A stretch of 64,000 nt of DNA, from the IMG/VR virus record IMGVR_UViG_2684622652_000002; one strand, 5' to 3'. The DNA comes from an uncultured virus (IMG/VR IMGVR_UViG_2684622652_000002). Taxonomy: Duplodnaviria; Heunggongvirae; Uroviricota; Caudoviricetes. The translations under genes and the position numbers were made by a program. Of this stretch, positions 10,569 through 22,800 are shown piece by piece (positions within the stretch are counted from its first letter, which is position 1; every line of letters begins with the position of its first letter). Under the pieces are notes generated by a model. It saw nothing but the letters and a program-made list of their open reading frames with translations, searched no databases and was not told the DNA's origin.

Positions 10569-10848
10569 GATCACGTCTCCCGATGGTAGGGTGGGGGTAG
10601 TAGAGTTTGATGATGGTCCGATCCTCAACGTGACCGGTGATGTATCGTTGGCGGAGATAGCCGAGGCAATCCGCGTTTTACGGCCTAATTCAGCCACTGG
10701 AACTGTAAACATGGTGGGCGCTGACGCATGTTTTGTTCTACGAAGCGCGGAGATCGCTGGCTGGTTGGTGGATTGGCCAGAAATTGAAGGAGATGATGAC
10801 GACGATTCGTATGACAGCGGCATGGATGAAGATCTGATTGTAAATTGA
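10555..10848 (+). CDS. hxr: Hxr-like acidic protein, last gene of the dar operon
   Basis: ATG at 10555 after AAGGAG; position after ddrB. Confidence 0.7.
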   Translation: METIKITSPDGRVGVVEFDDGPILNVTGDVSLAEIAEAIRVLRPNSATGTVNMVGADACFVLRSAEIAGWLVDWPEIEGDDDDDSYDSGMDEDLIVN

Positions 10849-10855
10849 CGAGAAC

Positions 10856-10879
10856 GCCCGCAGATTGCGGGCTTTTTTT
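10856..10879 (+). terminator. Intrinsic terminator
   Basis: GCCCGC-AGATT-GCGGGC followed by T7. Confidence 0.85.
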
Positions 10880-11414
10880 AAAGACAGTAGACGGTGTGGC
10901 GAGGGTAGGGCAGGCCAATCGGCGCGAACGGTATATCGTCGTCGAAGTCCATTGGTGGTTCACTGTGTTGACCAGGGCCGCCGCCGCTGAACTGCTGAGT
11001 CCCTTGCGGCTGTTGAGGTTGCCCCCAACCGGTTTGTTGTGGATCTCCTGAAGACGAACCATCCCGGCGCCCGCCAAGCATTTGCATCGTGCCTTTCTGC
11101 CCTACGACAATCTCCGTGGTATATCTGTCCTGGCCGGACTGATCTTTCCATTTACGGGTCCGTAGCTGGCCCTCGATGTAAACCTGAGAACCCTTACGCA
11201 GATATTCACCGGCCACTTCCGCCAGTTTGCCAAACAGCACAATGCGGTGCCATTCCGCTTTCTCTTTTATTTCCCCGGTTTGCTTGTCACGCCAGCTCTC
11301 GTTAGTTGCTAACTGAAGACTGGTGACAGCCTTATTATCAGGTAGATAGCGAACTTCAGGGTCATGTCCCAAAGCGCCAACCAGGATTACTTTATTTACG
11401 CCACGTTGAGCCAC
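10878..11414 (-). CDS. ssb: Single-stranded DNA-binding protein
   Basis: [14 protein letters not shown]-fold start; DFDDDIPF tip followed by 15 extra residues; probable GTG start. Confidence 0.95.
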   Translation of the reverse strand: MAQRGVNKVILVGALGHDPEVRYLPDNKAVTSLQLATNESWRDKQTGEIKEKAEWHRIVLFGKLAEVAGEYLRKGSQVYIEGQLRTRKWKDQSGQDRYTTEIVVGQKGTMQMLGGRRDGSSSGDPQQTGWGQPQQPQGTQQFSGGGPGQHSEPPMDFDDDIPFAPIGLPYPRHTVYCL

Positions 11415-11433
11415 ATTCACTTCCTTGAAAACA

Positions 11434-11450
11434 ATAAATATTAGAGCAAT
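11434..11450 (-). promoter_or_regulatory. C1 operator upstream of ssb
   Basis: Minus strand ATTGCTCTAATATTTAT versus P1 consensus ATTGCTCTAATAAATTT. Confidence 0.8.
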
Positions 11451-11477
11451 AAATTAACCCCTCAAGAGCGGCCTAAC

Positions 11478-11496
11478 AAGTGATTTGGAGTACGAT
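11478..11496 (+). promoter_or_regulatory. Lpa-type late promoter for lyz
   Basis: AAGTGATTT-N4-TACGAT; same architecture at 16811, 42028 and 55226. Confidence 0.65.
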
Positions 11497-11590
11497 TTTG
11501 CTTCAGCCAGGAAGAACGCGCCCGTGGGCGCGTGTACGTGCATGAGTGGTCGAGGGGTAATCGTAAAACAGATCACTTGTGAGGCTAAGG

Positions 11591-12145
11591 ATGAAGAAAA
11601 AAACAGCGGTCGGTGGCGGTGCTATTTGCGCAGTTGGAATGATGATTAGCATCGTCCTGAGTCATGGTACTGTGCGAACTAATGAGGCTGGCCTTGAGTT
11701 AATCGGGAATGCCGAGCAGTGCCGTCGTGATCCGTACAAATGTCCCGCAGATAAGTGGACCGACGGGATAGGGAACACCCATAACGTTAAGCCCGGAGTA
11801 CGAAAAACTGATCAACAAATTGCGGCGGATTGGGAAAAAAATATTCTGATAGCTGAACGTTGTATTAATCAGAATTTTCGCGGGAAGGACATGCCGGATA
11901 ACACGTTCAGTGCGATGACCAGTGCCGCGTTTAACATGGGATGTGGAAGTCTACAGACGTATTACAGCAAGGCGAAGAAACGTCGCGTAGAGACCTCTAT
12001 CCATAAATGGGCGCAGGCTGGGAATTGGGTGAACATGTGTAATCATCTTCCGGACTTTGTTAATGGGGGTGGTGTTCGTCTACGTGGTCTTGAGATCCGC
12101 CGGGAGAAAGAACGCCAGCTTTGCCTGACGGGTCTTGTTAAATGA
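11591..12145 (+). CDS. lyz: SAR endolysin (lysozyme)
   Basis: N-terminal SAR segment; GLELIGNAEQCRRDPYKCPADKWTDGIG catalytic region as in P1 Lyz. Confidence 0.93.
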   Translation: MKKKTAVGGGAICAVGMMISIVLSHGTVRTNEAGLELIGNAEQCRRDPYKCPADKWTDGIGNTHNVKPGVRKTDQQIAADWEKNILIAERCINQNFRGKDMPDNTFSAMTSAAFNMGCGSLQTYYSKAKKRRVETSIHKWAQAGNWVNMCNHLPDFVNGGGVRLRGLEIRREKERQLCLTGLVK

Positions 12146-12396
12146 ATAAGCGTCGGCAACTCTTCCGTCTTTCGACGATGAAGTTATCACTGGCAGCAAT
12201 CGTTTTTGATTCCATTTTTATGGCGGTGTCGGTGTGGAATGAAACATGGCCACTGGACCCATTAATATACGCGGGGATACGGTTGTGCCTGACATTCATG
12301 AGCATGGGCGCCCGGCTGTTACAGCAGGGGGAAACCACATCTGATTGCCCCCGCCGAGCAATGCGTAAATTCTTCAGCAGGAGGGAGTCGGCTTAA
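12142..12396 (+). CDS. lydD: Holin LydD
   Basis: 84 aa with two hydrophobic segments; follows lyz. Confidence 0.72.
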   Translation: MNKRRQLFRLSTMKLSLAAIVFDSIFMAVSVWNETWPLDPLIYAGIRLCLTFMSMGARLLQQGETTSDCPRRAMRKFFSRRESA

Positions 12397-12904
12397 CAGT
12401 ATTCACCTGACCTTTCGTTTTTCTACGGAAGGTCTTTTTCTCTTTCCAGAAGCCGTGACGCGGTGCTGTGCGCTTCCGTTCGGCCATTTTCTCCACCAGC
12501 TTCTGATAAGCATATTCACGTTCCTGGTCTGTGATAAGCGCCACCGGCTTACCGTCAAGCCCGTAACGGTGCTTCATAAACAGCACCCGGCGTTGGTAAT
12601 TTTCAGTGTTTAATGCTGAAGATAGGGCGCTTGCAATGCGCTTAGGGTTGACTTCAATACCGCGTGCGCGCAGATCATTCAGCATTGCTTCACGAATGCC
12701 AATGGCGACCGGTAGTATTCGCCCGTTGCGATACAAATCAGGCCAGTATTTTACCAGTCTACGCTGGTGCTTACGGATGTCCTTCAGAGCCAGCTTTTTA
12801 ACCTTTGGCGCTGGCTTTTTATGTGATTTTTTCTTTGGCCGTACAAGGCCGTTTTCACCAGGGACCAGAATTTTTTTGAGCGTACGTGATTTATTTTCCA
12901 TCAT
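12374..12904 (-). CDS. ProQ/FinO-domain RNA chaperone
   Basis: WPDLY...PVAIGI...Y...RYGLDGKPVALITDQEREYA matches the FinO/ProQ core; basic N- and C-terminal tails. Confidence 0.85.
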   Translation of the reverse strand: MMENKSRTLKKILVPGENGLVRPKKKSHKKPAPKVKKLALKDIRKHQRRLVKYWPDLYRNGRILPVAIGIREAMLNDLRARGIEVNPKRIASALSSALNTENYQRRVLFMKHRYGLDGKPVALITDQEREYAYQKLVEKMAERKRTAPRHGFWKEKKTFRRKTKGQVNTVKPTPSC

Positions 12905-13908
12905 TTACCTGCCTTCTTTGCCTGGGCATTATTCAGTAGAGCCCGGAGATTTGCGAGATGTTCTGAGATTTTTTGTGGTGATGACTGGCGGGCTATGCGA
13001 GCACGCTCCTCCCAGTCCTGATCTGCCTGACGATTAGCTTCCTCGTAGCGAGCGTGATTAAACGCTTCCTGCATTGTGTTGCTGGCAGTGTTGTCTGTTC
13101 TTTTTTTATACTTTTCTGTCTTGTTTTGTTCTAACGTAGATTTTTTTATATTAGTTTCTTTGCGTGACGATTTTCTTTGTGACATGGCTGTAAATAAATC
13201 ACGAATATCCTGCATGAAACGGACCTTTCCGTTTTTGTGGATTATGGCAGATTTTTCTACTGTACCTGCTGCATTTCCCTCGATTGTGTCGCCCGCAGAA
13301 TATTTATTTATTTTATTGATAACTACTTTATTGTGGTCAGTTTTGCCACCCTCCTGGGTTGTATTTTGCCACCCCTGTTTAACGGCACTTTTAGGCGGGT
13401 ATCCCTTTGAAAATAGCTTATTCTTCAAGGAGGTAAATCCTGACTTTGCACGAAACACCAGGCGCTCAAGTAGTGTATTAAAACGGGTGCGGGCGGACTT
13501 AAAATCCAGTTGGCGTCTGCTCTTTAGCTTATCGGCATAACGACGGAAGCCCTTTGCTATCCGGATGAAAAGAGGCGAATACGTATACAAACATGGTTTT
13601 TGTTTGCCTGTTTCTTTATCAATCACAAACTCCTTGCGGAGTATCCCCATTTCGGTAAGTTTTTGAAGGTGCCGGCGGGCTGTATCCCTGCTGATACCGC
13701 ACTCATCAGCGATATTCTGAAGAGATTTGAAGATGCAAAGTTTGTCGCTGGCCGTGGCATGTTCGCTGGCGATCATCAGAGTGTATTTCACTGCTGGACG
13801 GAGAAGCTTTGGAGATATCTCCTGGATGATGCTTTTCAAACCAAATTGATTTAACGAACCATCGCTGTTAAATGAAAAGCTTTTGTTTTTTATAGCGGAA
13901 TGTGTCAT
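12901..13908 (-). CDS. Winged-HTH replication initiator-like protein (RepL-like)
   Basis: IFKSLQNIADECGISRDTARRHLQKLTEMGIL...LYTYSPLF resembles the N-terminal HTH of P1 RepL and phage initiators. Confidence 0.65.
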   Translation of the reverse strand: MTHSAIKNKSFSFNSDGSLNQFGLKSIIQEISPKLLRPAVKYTLMIASEHATASDKLCIFKSLQNIADECGISRDTARRHLQKLTEMGILRKEFVIDKETGKQKPCLYTYSPLFIRIAKGFRRYADKLKSRRQLDFKSARTRFNTLLERLVFRAKSGFTSLKNKLFSKGYPPKSAVKQGWQNTTQEGGKTDHNKVVINKINKYSAGDTIEGNAAGTVEKSAIIHKNGKVRFMQDIRDLFTAMSQRKSSRKETNIKKSTLEQNKTEKYKKRTDNTASNTMQEAFNHARYEEANRQADQDWEERARIARQSSPQKISEHLANLRALLNNAQAKKAGK

Positions 13909-13946
13909 GATATCTCCGTATACAGTTATACCTTTTAGTGATGAAC

Positions 13947-13973
13947 ACCCCGGCTTGCACCGGGGTTTTTTTT
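13947..13973. terminator. GC-rich hairpin with T-tract between pro and the RepL-like gene
   Basis: ACCCCGG-CTTGCA-CCGGGGT followed by a T run. Confidence 0.6.
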
Positions 13974-14035
13974 GCCTGATGTTTTGATCTGGCGGATCGG
14001 ATTAAACAATAACGCACGGCAGATCGCAACACGTT

Positions 14036-14052
14036 ATTGTTCTAATAATTTA
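14036..14052 (+). promoter_or_regulatory. C1 operator upstream of the RepL-like/ProQ operon
   Basis: ATTGTTCTAATAATTTA. Confidence 0.7.
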
Positions 14053-15066
14053 TTTGAAGGGGTTTACAGGCTTGTCGAAAGTGATCATGCTTGTTGGCGT
14101 CTCACTTCTGGGCGACTTGCGCGCCGGTTCTTCCACCGGAGGGGTAAGAGGTAGATTGCGAGCACCAACTTTGAGCAAGGACTCAAAGAGAGAGGCAACA
14201 ACTTTTGCATCGTCAGGATCTTTTAATTTAAAGGCTTCTTTCTGACTACCAGTGACAAAAATTGGCAGGTTATCCAGTTCGTTTTGAATGGCCGCCAGCA
14301 CATCTTCACGCACACCTGCGGCGCTTTCCAGTAAGGAAATGCGCGCTTCAGCGTCGGCCAGCAGCATCTTCGCTTCAAGATTGCGCCCCTGGCTTTCCAG
14401 CAGGGCAGTTTCTAATTCAGCGTTACGTTCGGTAGCCTCCAGCATCAACTCCAGTTCCGCCAGCTTTCCGTAGTGCGTAATTACAGCCTGTACAGACTCC
14501 TCAGAGTAACCATGTTGTGCCAGTGATTCTGCTAACAGTGATTGCGCATCAGCACTTTCGAACATACCGGCGCTGGCCGGGTGATCCAGGCTGACGTAAT
14601 TCGGATTGGTAACGTAATCCACGCCGTGGAAGCTGGTGGTCACTGCAATATTACCGGCCTGGCGACCGCCGGTAGCCCAGCTCCAGCCACCGGCGCGGCT
14701 TTCGATCATTGCAGCGACGATTTTCCCTGGTTCGGTGTTCAGAATTTCCTGTGTATGGGTAACAACACCGTTATCATCCACTGAGATATCAACGGTACGG
14801 CAGGCTGGCACGTTATCGATGACCACAGGGCGGCCTTCAACCATAATCACACTGGTTTCAGGTAGCTCCAGCTTGCCGGTCATTTCCCGGCGCCCGTGGC
14901 CGTAATAACCGTACAGCTCACCGAGACGCAGGCCTTCCTGTGTCTCCTTGCTTTCCAGCATGGCTTTCACGGCACCTAACACATACTTGCGTCCGTTTTG
15001 ACGACCGGTACGCGCGTTTTTATACAGACAGAAACGGTCAGTGACCGTCTTCAGAACGTCAGTCAT
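14050..15066 (-). CDS. pro: Prohead/head-processing protease
   Basis: [12 protein letters not shown] start, [15 protein letters not shown]; follows prt as in P1. Confidence 0.88.
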   Translation of the reverse strand: MTDVLKTVTDRFCLYKNARTGRQNGRKYVLGAVKAMLESKETQEGLRLGELYGYYGHGRREMTGKLELPETSVIMVEGRPVVIDNVPACRTVDISVDDNGVVTHTQEILNTEPGKIVAAMIESRAGGWSWATGGRQAGNIAVTTSFHGVDYVTNPNYVSLDHPASAGMFESADAQSLLAESLAQHGYSEESVQAVITHYGKLAELELMLEATERNAELETALLESQGRNLEAKMLLADAEARISLLESAAGVREDVLAAIQNELDNLPIFVTGSQKEAFKLKDPDDAKVVASLFESLLKVGARNLPLTPPVEEPARKSPRSETPTSMITFDKPVNPFK

Positions 15067-16768
15067 TGTTTTGTCCCTCTTTAAAGACTGATTCAAGGAT
15101 TTGCGCCAGTTCCTCCGGCGTTGATTTGAGTATGGAATCCATCATGGAGCTGTCTTCGTCTTTGGCTTTTAATTCAGCCACCAGCTCATTAGAGATGTTT
15201 TCATCTATCTCCAGAATATTGCAGAAAAGATAACGTTTAAACGCCTCCGAATTAGCCAGCGTCGTATTGTTACTGACGGCATCCAGGATCTGCGTAATCA
15301 AAGTGGCATAGTTAGCCTGAGAGTCACGGTTATCGTTATGCTCTTGCTGCAATGCAGTGTTTACGGAGTGGAATTCTATTTTGTAAGGGCGATCGCCTTC
15401 CGGATAGACCTTGCCGTATTTGTACGCCAGGTGGATATCAATGGCGCGCTGGATAAATTCCTCCACTCCCTGTTGAATCCATGCCGCCCGCATTGCAGCC
15501 TGTATGGCCGTGCGCAGGAAGCCGCCTTCACCCAGCCCGCCGGACATCTGATCTGCCCAGCCTAACAGCGTATAATCCAGCCCCAGCGCGGCGGCCAGCT
15601 GACGCATATACGTCAGTATGTCCTCAATGCCGTTGATATCTGCCTGAATGGTTTGCGTGTCGATCGTCATCTGCCCTTTACCGTCGCCCATGATTGGCAG
15701 AAGGGTATTGGTGACGGTAGGCGTATTGTTTGCTCCTTTTGCGCGTTTTTCCATAAGGTCGGCTGCGCGCTTCAGGGTCTGAGATATTGTACGGGAATAG
15801 TCAGCAGCTTTTACCGGGTCGAGGCTGTTCATCGCCAGACCAATAATGCGATCAATTTTTGACGCATTGAAACGGCTGGCTTTCAGCGATCGGATCGCTG
15901 AGAGCAGGTTAATATACGGCTCGTAAGCATATTCAAGCAGGCTGGTGCCATAGTTTTGAGTTTCTACCGGCATCAGTGATTCAGGATCATCAAGCAGGCT
16001 GTAAGGCCGGGTGCCATGATATACCGGAATCTGGTTCCCTTTGGGACGCCAGTACGGAATTTTCATAGGGATGAGTGACCACGGATCAGCGAATACAAGT
16101 TTACCAGTGGAGTCCTTCAGGTAATCGCCGCTGAAGCCTGCCAGATTGCCGGCAAGTTCAAACTCTTTCACGAAGTAGGGCAGTGAGTAATAAGAACACT
16201 CAAATGACTTAATGCCTATACGTTCTTCCGCGTGCGGACGGATGTAGGCGACACCAAATACGGACATGATAAACGCCCAGCCTGCCACCTCTTTGTTGAT
16301 GGTCTTGCCGATATCATTCATCAACTCATCGCATAGTGCCTGTGAAGCTTTGTAATCCGCTTCATTCCCGTTGTTCACCGGTGAAATAGAGAATGTCTGC
16401 CCCGTCTTTTTGTCGTAGGAAAGCGCGTGTGTGATGTGGATGTTCAGAGCGGTTGCTATTGTGCTGTAAACAGACATTTCTTCCAGCAACGGATATCGCT
16501 GTAACCGATCTTCCGGCAATTTGACTTCGTCAAAAATAAATCGGCTTCCATCCACCATGCATGACGATTCGTCATTGTCATTGCCTGTGTTATTGCTAAG
16601 AAAGCCCGCTAATGCGGCAGGTGCTGAGGCGCGGGAAAAAAGATACCCGCTACCACCCTGAACAGCCAGTGCCGCCAACAGGACATTGTTGCTGTCGCCC
16701 TTCGCGTCCTTAAAGACGTCTGTCAACGCCTTCCTGACAGATGACAGAGTAATTTTGTTCTCAGCCAA
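15059..16768 (-). CDS. prt: Portal protein
   Basis: 569 aa, divergent from darB; P1 synteny. Confidence 0.88.
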   Translation of the reverse strand: MAENKITLSSVRKALTDVFKDAKGDSNNVLLAALAVQGGSGYLFSRASAPAALAGFLSNNTGNDNDESSCMVDGSRFIFDEVKLPEDRLQRYPLLEEMSVYSTIATALNIHITHALSYDKKTGQTFSISPVNNGNEADYKASQALCDELMNDIGKTINKEVAGWAFIMSVFGVAYIRPHAEERIGIKSFECSYYSLPYFVKEFELAGNLAGFSGDYLKDSTGKLVFADPWSLIPMKIPYWRPKGNQIPVYHGTRPYSLLDDPESLMPVETQNYGTSLLEYAYEPYINLLSAIRSLKASRFNASKIDRIIGLAMNSLDPVKAADYSRTISQTLKRAADLMEKRAKGANNTPTVTNTLLPIMGDGKGQMTIDTQTIQADINGIEDILTYMRQLAAALGLDYTLLGWADQMSGGLGEGGFLRTAIQAAMRAAWIQQGVEEFIQRAIDIHLAYKYGKVYPEGDRPYKIEFHSVNTALQQEHNDNRDSQANYATLITQILDAVSNNTTLANSEAFKRYLFCNILEIDENISNELVAELKAKDEDSSMMDSILKSTPEELAQILESVFKEGQNND

Positions 16769-16810
16769 GATAGTACCTTCATTAGAATAATTGCGTATGT
16801 ATTTTGCGCA

Positions 16811-16829
16811 AATGTAACACTGGTCACTT
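16811..16829 (-). promoter_or_regulatory. Lpa-type late promoter between divergent prt and darB
   Basis: Minus strand AAGTGACCA-N4-TACATT. Confidence 0.6.
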
Positions 16830-16843
16830 GTGAAGGATCACTA

Positions 16844-19800
16844 ATGGCAGACATATCTGGTGGAGTTTTCTCTTGTAAAAGTATTAGCGAGATTGTTCGA
16901 TTTATTAGAGCAATTTCAATGCGTCGGCAACCCGTATCTTTCGGGGTAAATAAGGTTGAGGGAAAGAGTTTCGACAGGCTTCGCAAAGAGGCGAATGCAA
17001 AAGCGGTTGATTTGCTTAACAGCCTGACAGATGGGGCAGAATTAACGGACGAACAGCGGCAGACACTCGCTGGTTATACCGGGGAGGGGGGAATTGGCGG
17101 TTCTGTTTCCGAATACTATACGCCGCAGCCGGTGGCAGAGGGTGTATGGGAAATAATGAAACTCTACGGTGCCGACGTGGGAAATACACTGGAACCGTCT
17201 GCTGGCACTGGCGTATTCAATGAAACGAAACCGGTCGGTACGGTAATGACAGCAACGGAGATTAGCACCGTTTCCGGCAGGATAAATAAGCTTTTGCACC
17301 CGGAAGATAGCGTCCAGATTTCTCCCTTTGAGCAGTTGGCAGTCAGTACCCCGAATGACACCTTCGATCACGTCGTTGGCAATGTACCATTCGGCGGGCG
17401 CGACAATACGCGCAACATCGATAAACCGTACGCTGAAGAAACCGACATGGGGTCGTACTTCATGTTGCGCATGCTGGACAAGATTAAACCCGGTGGCTTT
17501 ATGTGCGTAATTGTACCGCCATCTATCGTTTCCGGCACCAACATGAAGCGGCTCCGCCTGCGCCTTTCCCGAAAAGCTGAGTTTTTAGGTGCGCACCGAC
17601 TCCCGACCGGCACCTTTGATGCCAACGGCACCAGCACCGTCGTTGATGTCGTTCTGATGCGCAAACACCCGAAAGAGATGGCCGATAGAGTTGCACAGGC
17701 GGAAGAAAGCACGCTGGAAGCCGCGAATGTCCTTTGGCCAACGTTTATCACTGGCAAATGGTTTGAGCGCGACGGTCGCCGGTTCGTCCACGGTACGCAG
17801 GAAAAAGGCTTTCAGGGACGCATTGAAGTACGCGCTGATGGGCAGATCGATAATCTGGCGCTCAAGGCGAAGCTAATTCATCGTTTCGACAGCCGTATCG
17901 ACTGGTCAATGTTGGATATTGATGAACCATCACCAACTGCTGATGTGATTGATGAAGGTGAGATGCGCCTGATTAATGGCGTGTGGCATAAATTCGCGGG
18001 CGGTCGCTGGATTGAGGCCGACGCGGGTAAAGAGTTGGTAATCGACAACGAACGCTTTGGCGCGGATAGCTGGGAAGCACTTCAGCGTAACCTTTCTACT
18101 GCCGAAGGCCGCCTGGGGATGACCTTTGACCAGATGGCAAATGTACGGCAGCAGTACGCCAGCTCGCTAAGCGATGACCAGGTTCAGATGGTGGACTGGA
18201 TTGGCAGCCAGCCTGAGAAATACCGCACCCGCCTCTATCGTGGGGCTATGCTCGGTCGCATGCTGATTGAATATCAGGACATGAAGGCTGCCGGGCATAA
18301 CGAAGATGATATTGAACAGCGCCGGTTGTCACTGGCGGCCAAAGTTCAGGCTGAGATTGACCGCTTTGGTAATCCGGGGCGCGGCCCGATCGCAAAACTT
18401 TCCGGTGCTGGCGCCCGTGCCTGGTTCGCGTTCCGTGGGGCAATTAAGCTTGATGGTTCTATTTCCGATGAACTGACCGGAAAACTGGTGACACATGATG
18501 CCAGTGCAAGCTACGACTCCACCAGCTATCAGGACACATTACGTCACCTCTACAGTGATCTCACGCGCGATCCCGTTCAACTTGAGGATTTCCGCCAGGC
18601 ATTCACAGGAGATATTCCCGCCAGTGATGATGAATTGCTTGATCTGCTGGCTAACACGCCGGGCATCGCCGTTTCACCATATGGCGGCATTGTGCCGTTC
18701 GCCCGCGCCACCAGTGGCGACATAAATGAGATCATTGCACCTAAGCAGGCCTTTCTCGCCCAACTGCCGGATGGCGCGGTAAGAAATAACGTTCTCAACC
18801 AACTGGCGGCTATTGAGGAGAAACGCCTTAAAACCCCGGCGGAAAATATTCGTTTTAAACTCAACAGTCGCTGGTTTGACCGCTCGGTCATACTGGAGTT
18901 TTTGCAGGAGAATGGTTATCCGGATCTGCGCTATGTCCAGTCTGTTCAGATGGAAGGCGACGAAATGGTGTCCGAAACGTATCACGGCGGAGACGGCCTC
19001 TTTGTTGGTCATCGTTATGGTGTGGTGCAGCGCAAGGACAAAGAAACCGGCGAGATCCGCTATGAGTGGGACAAAAAATCTGGCGATAACGCAACGGGAT
19101 TCCCGGCGCAGTTGGAGAAATACCTTAACGGTGCGCGCATAGGCGGGAAAGATAGCGCGACTGCGAATGGTTATCGCGAGCAGATGGCGCTGCTGGAAGA
19201 ACAATTCAACAAGTGGATAAAAACCCATGACCGCTATGATGATCTGGTCGCCAAATACAACGACATCTTCAACAGCAATATTCCGTATGAGCATTCCGGA
19301 GATTCTTTAGGGCTAACCGGGATCAGCGGCAAGCGTCTGCCGTTTGATTACCAGAACAGCGAGGTCCGTCGTTTATCAGAAGATGGGCGTGGTATCCTGG
19401 GATTTGGGACCGGCTTAGGTAAAACCACAACTGGCCTGGCGCTGGAGGCATTCAACTTTGAGAACGGACGCTCTACGCGCACCGCGTACGTTGTGCCAAA
19501 ATCCGTGCTGGAAAACTGGTATTACGAGGCGAAGGACTTCCTGAGCGAGCAGGCCTTCAGTAATTACCTTTTTGTCGGTCTTGACGTGCTAATGGATGGT
19601 GATCAGATTCGCCAGGTCCCTGTACTCGATGAGAACGGTAAGCCGGTAATGAATGCCGACGGCACGCCAGTGATGCGCGACGGACTCAAGCTGGCAGATG
19701 AAGCGACCATAACGGCCCGCATGAACGCGATCCCGCACTCCAACTATCGTGCAGTAGTGTTTACCAAAGAACAGTACGCCCGCATCCCGCTACGCAATGA

Positions 19801-22800
19801 AACAGTGGACGAACACGCGCAGGATATGCTCATAGATTTCGTGGCCGCCGGTCGCGTGTCCAGCGCGATGGAGTCCGACTCCCACCGTAAAGAAGCGGCG
19901 CGCCGACGCGTGCTTTCCGAGTATTCAGATACCGGCACCGAGAAGGCCGAGAAATACCCGTATTTCGAAGATATGGGCTTTGACAGCGTGATCGCCGACG
20001 AGGGTCATAACTACCGCAACAGCTACAAAAATGGCCGGGAGGCCTCCCAACTGGCTTATCTTCCGACCAGTGCTGTAGCGCAGTCGGCTCGCGACATGGC
20101 GATCAAAAATGCCTATCTGATGAAGAAGAATGGCGGGCGCGGGCCGGTGATGTTGACGGCTACACCGATAGTTAACACTCCGATTGACGCCTACAACATG
20201 TTGTCTCACGTCCTGCCAAAAGAGTTTTGGCAGAAAATGGGCATCTTCGGGCCAGATGACTTTGTGAAATTCTTCGGCAAAACGCGCCTGGAGACGGTCC
20301 AGAAAATCAGCGGCGAAGTCGAAGAAAAAATGGCGCTGGTGGGCTTTGAAAACCTCGATGCGCTGCGCGGCATTTTCCACCGTTGGACGACGCTGAAGAC
20401 AGCGGAAGACGTGAAGGACACAGTAGAGATCCCTGAACTGGATGAACGCCAGCAGGATGCGCCACTTACCGATGAGCAACTGGCGGCTTATGAGGAACTG
20501 CGCAAACAAGCCGAGGCGGCAGCGAAAGCCAACAATGGAATGGCCACCATTGAGCAGGAGGACGGGACCACTACCGAGGAGAAAGCACGCCCGATCTTCT
20601 CCATCATCCGTGACATGGACCGTGTTTGTACGGATATGGATCTGTATCACCACAGAATTACGTATCGTTTCCTGCCGGAACACGCCGATGCGGTACAACA
20701 ACTGGCGGACAGCCTGCCGAAACAGGCCACCAGCGAGGATGACGACAGCGATGAGGCAGTGACACAGCAGGTGCAATATTCGCTGATCGACAAAGGCGAA
20801 TTTATCCAACTCCAGGTGCCGGAGGCGTTCGAACCCGAAGTGAATAAACGCCTGGCAAAGTTCGGTATTGACGAGCGTACCGTCACGCATCCGGTTACGC
20901 CGAAGTACGCGAAGCTAATCGCTACACTGAAGGAGTTCTTCCCGCAAGGTAAGCAGATCATCTTTACCGACGAGAAAACGCAGCACCAGAAGCTGAAGCG
21001 CATTATATGTAACGCACTGAATATCGACCCGTCACAAGTTGGTATTCTCAACGCCCAGACCGTTGCCGACGCTGGTAAATCTGGCAAGAAACTGAAGGCT
21101 GTTAAGCCACCGAAAGACCTTCCGGATGAACCTACCGAAGCGCAACTGACAAAATACAATGAACAGATGGCCCTGTATGATGCCTATATTGCGCAGCAAA
21201 ACGAGATGTCGTTAAGCGGGCTGGAGAAAATCGCCGCCGATTTCCAGGAAGGCCGTACCCCGATCATCATCTGCAACAAAAAAGCCGAGGTAGGTATTAA
21301 CCTGCATCGCGGCACAACCGACATCCATCATCTTACGTTGCCGTGGACTCCGGCGAGTATCGCGCAGCGTAACGGTCGCGGCGCCCGCGTCGGCTCCAAC
21401 CGCGCCAGCGTGCGTGTTCACTACTACTGCGGTAAAGGTTCTTTCGACGAGTACCGCCTGAAGACGCTGAAGCGCAAGGCGGGCTGGATCTCCGATATTC
21501 TCCGTTCCGATAAATCAGAAATGGAGAATGCCGACGCCAACGACATGATAGAAATGCAGATGTACACCGCCAAAGATGACGGCGAACGTTTGGCGATGAT
21601 GCAGGTACAGATGGATAAGGCTAAGGCAGCGCAACTGGCGCGCCAGAAAGAGCAGGCCGGTGTTGACCTGCAAAACTATGTCAAGGCGCAGCACGCCGCC
21701 GGCGAGGATGTGGAGGCGCTGGCCGCGCAGCTGGAAACCAGCAAAAACGAGCTGGAAGAGGTGGTAGCAGAGGTGGCCCGGTATCGTCAGTTGGTGCTGG
21801 CCAAAGCGGCAGAAAACGAAGAGTGGAAAGCGCGCTGGGGCAGTGTTTACAGCAGCGACCGTCTCCAACTCTCTCAGTATCGCAACTCGCTTAAAGCGGC
21901 GATTCGCCGTAAAGCCGACCTTACCAGCGCGATCAGCCAGCGCGAGAAACTGCTGACGCGCACCAAAAAGGCGGCGACGGATATCAAACGTCTGCGTCCG
22001 CTGGTGGAAGATGCGATGAGCAAAGGCCTGCTGAGTGTCGATCCTGATCTCATTAACCACGCCAAAGATTTTCTGGTGATTAACGACCAGTCCTGGCGCG
22101 TGGGGCAGTATTACGAGAACAACGGCGATATCGTTCGCATCAAGGCGTTGGACTTTGACAGCCAGCGTGCTGACGTCGAGGTGATTTTCTCCAGCAAAGG
22201 CACCCGTTCAAGCTCCTGGCCGGTGCGGTTGCTTCAACAGCAGGTTGACGTAACCCCGGATGAAGCGGCGGTTATGGGTAAAATCAGCGGTGGCGTGTCC
22301 ATCGCGGGGATTAACGATCTCATCAGTCGCGACGACTTCTACCGTTTCCAGCAGCGCGGTATGCTGAAAATCACCGACTCCTATGCGATGCAGAACACCG
22401 AGCATGGCTACTCGATGGAGTTTGTCAGCAGCTCCGATACTGTGCAGAACGCTGTTTATCCGGACCGTACTGATGGCGCGCTGAAGTCGGCGATCGCGAA
22501 GTGGGCGCTGGGCTACCTTGCCGCTGGTCAGGGGTACAAAATCAGCAGTGCCGAGTCGTTTTTAACCGAGCTGTTTGGCAGTAATTACCGTGACGTGATC
22601 TCTTCCTACGGTGACGCACTTTCCCCTGAAGATATTCAGGAGCGTATCGTGGCCGAGATCGCCAAACTTCCGGCGAAATCCCCGGATGGTTCAACGCGTA
22701 ACGGTGATTCTGAGGTGGAGGTGGCCAACGCCATCTTTAACAGCTATCCGTTCCGCGCGTCCGCTTATGAGCTGGGTACGTCAGAGTTTGGCGCAATCAG

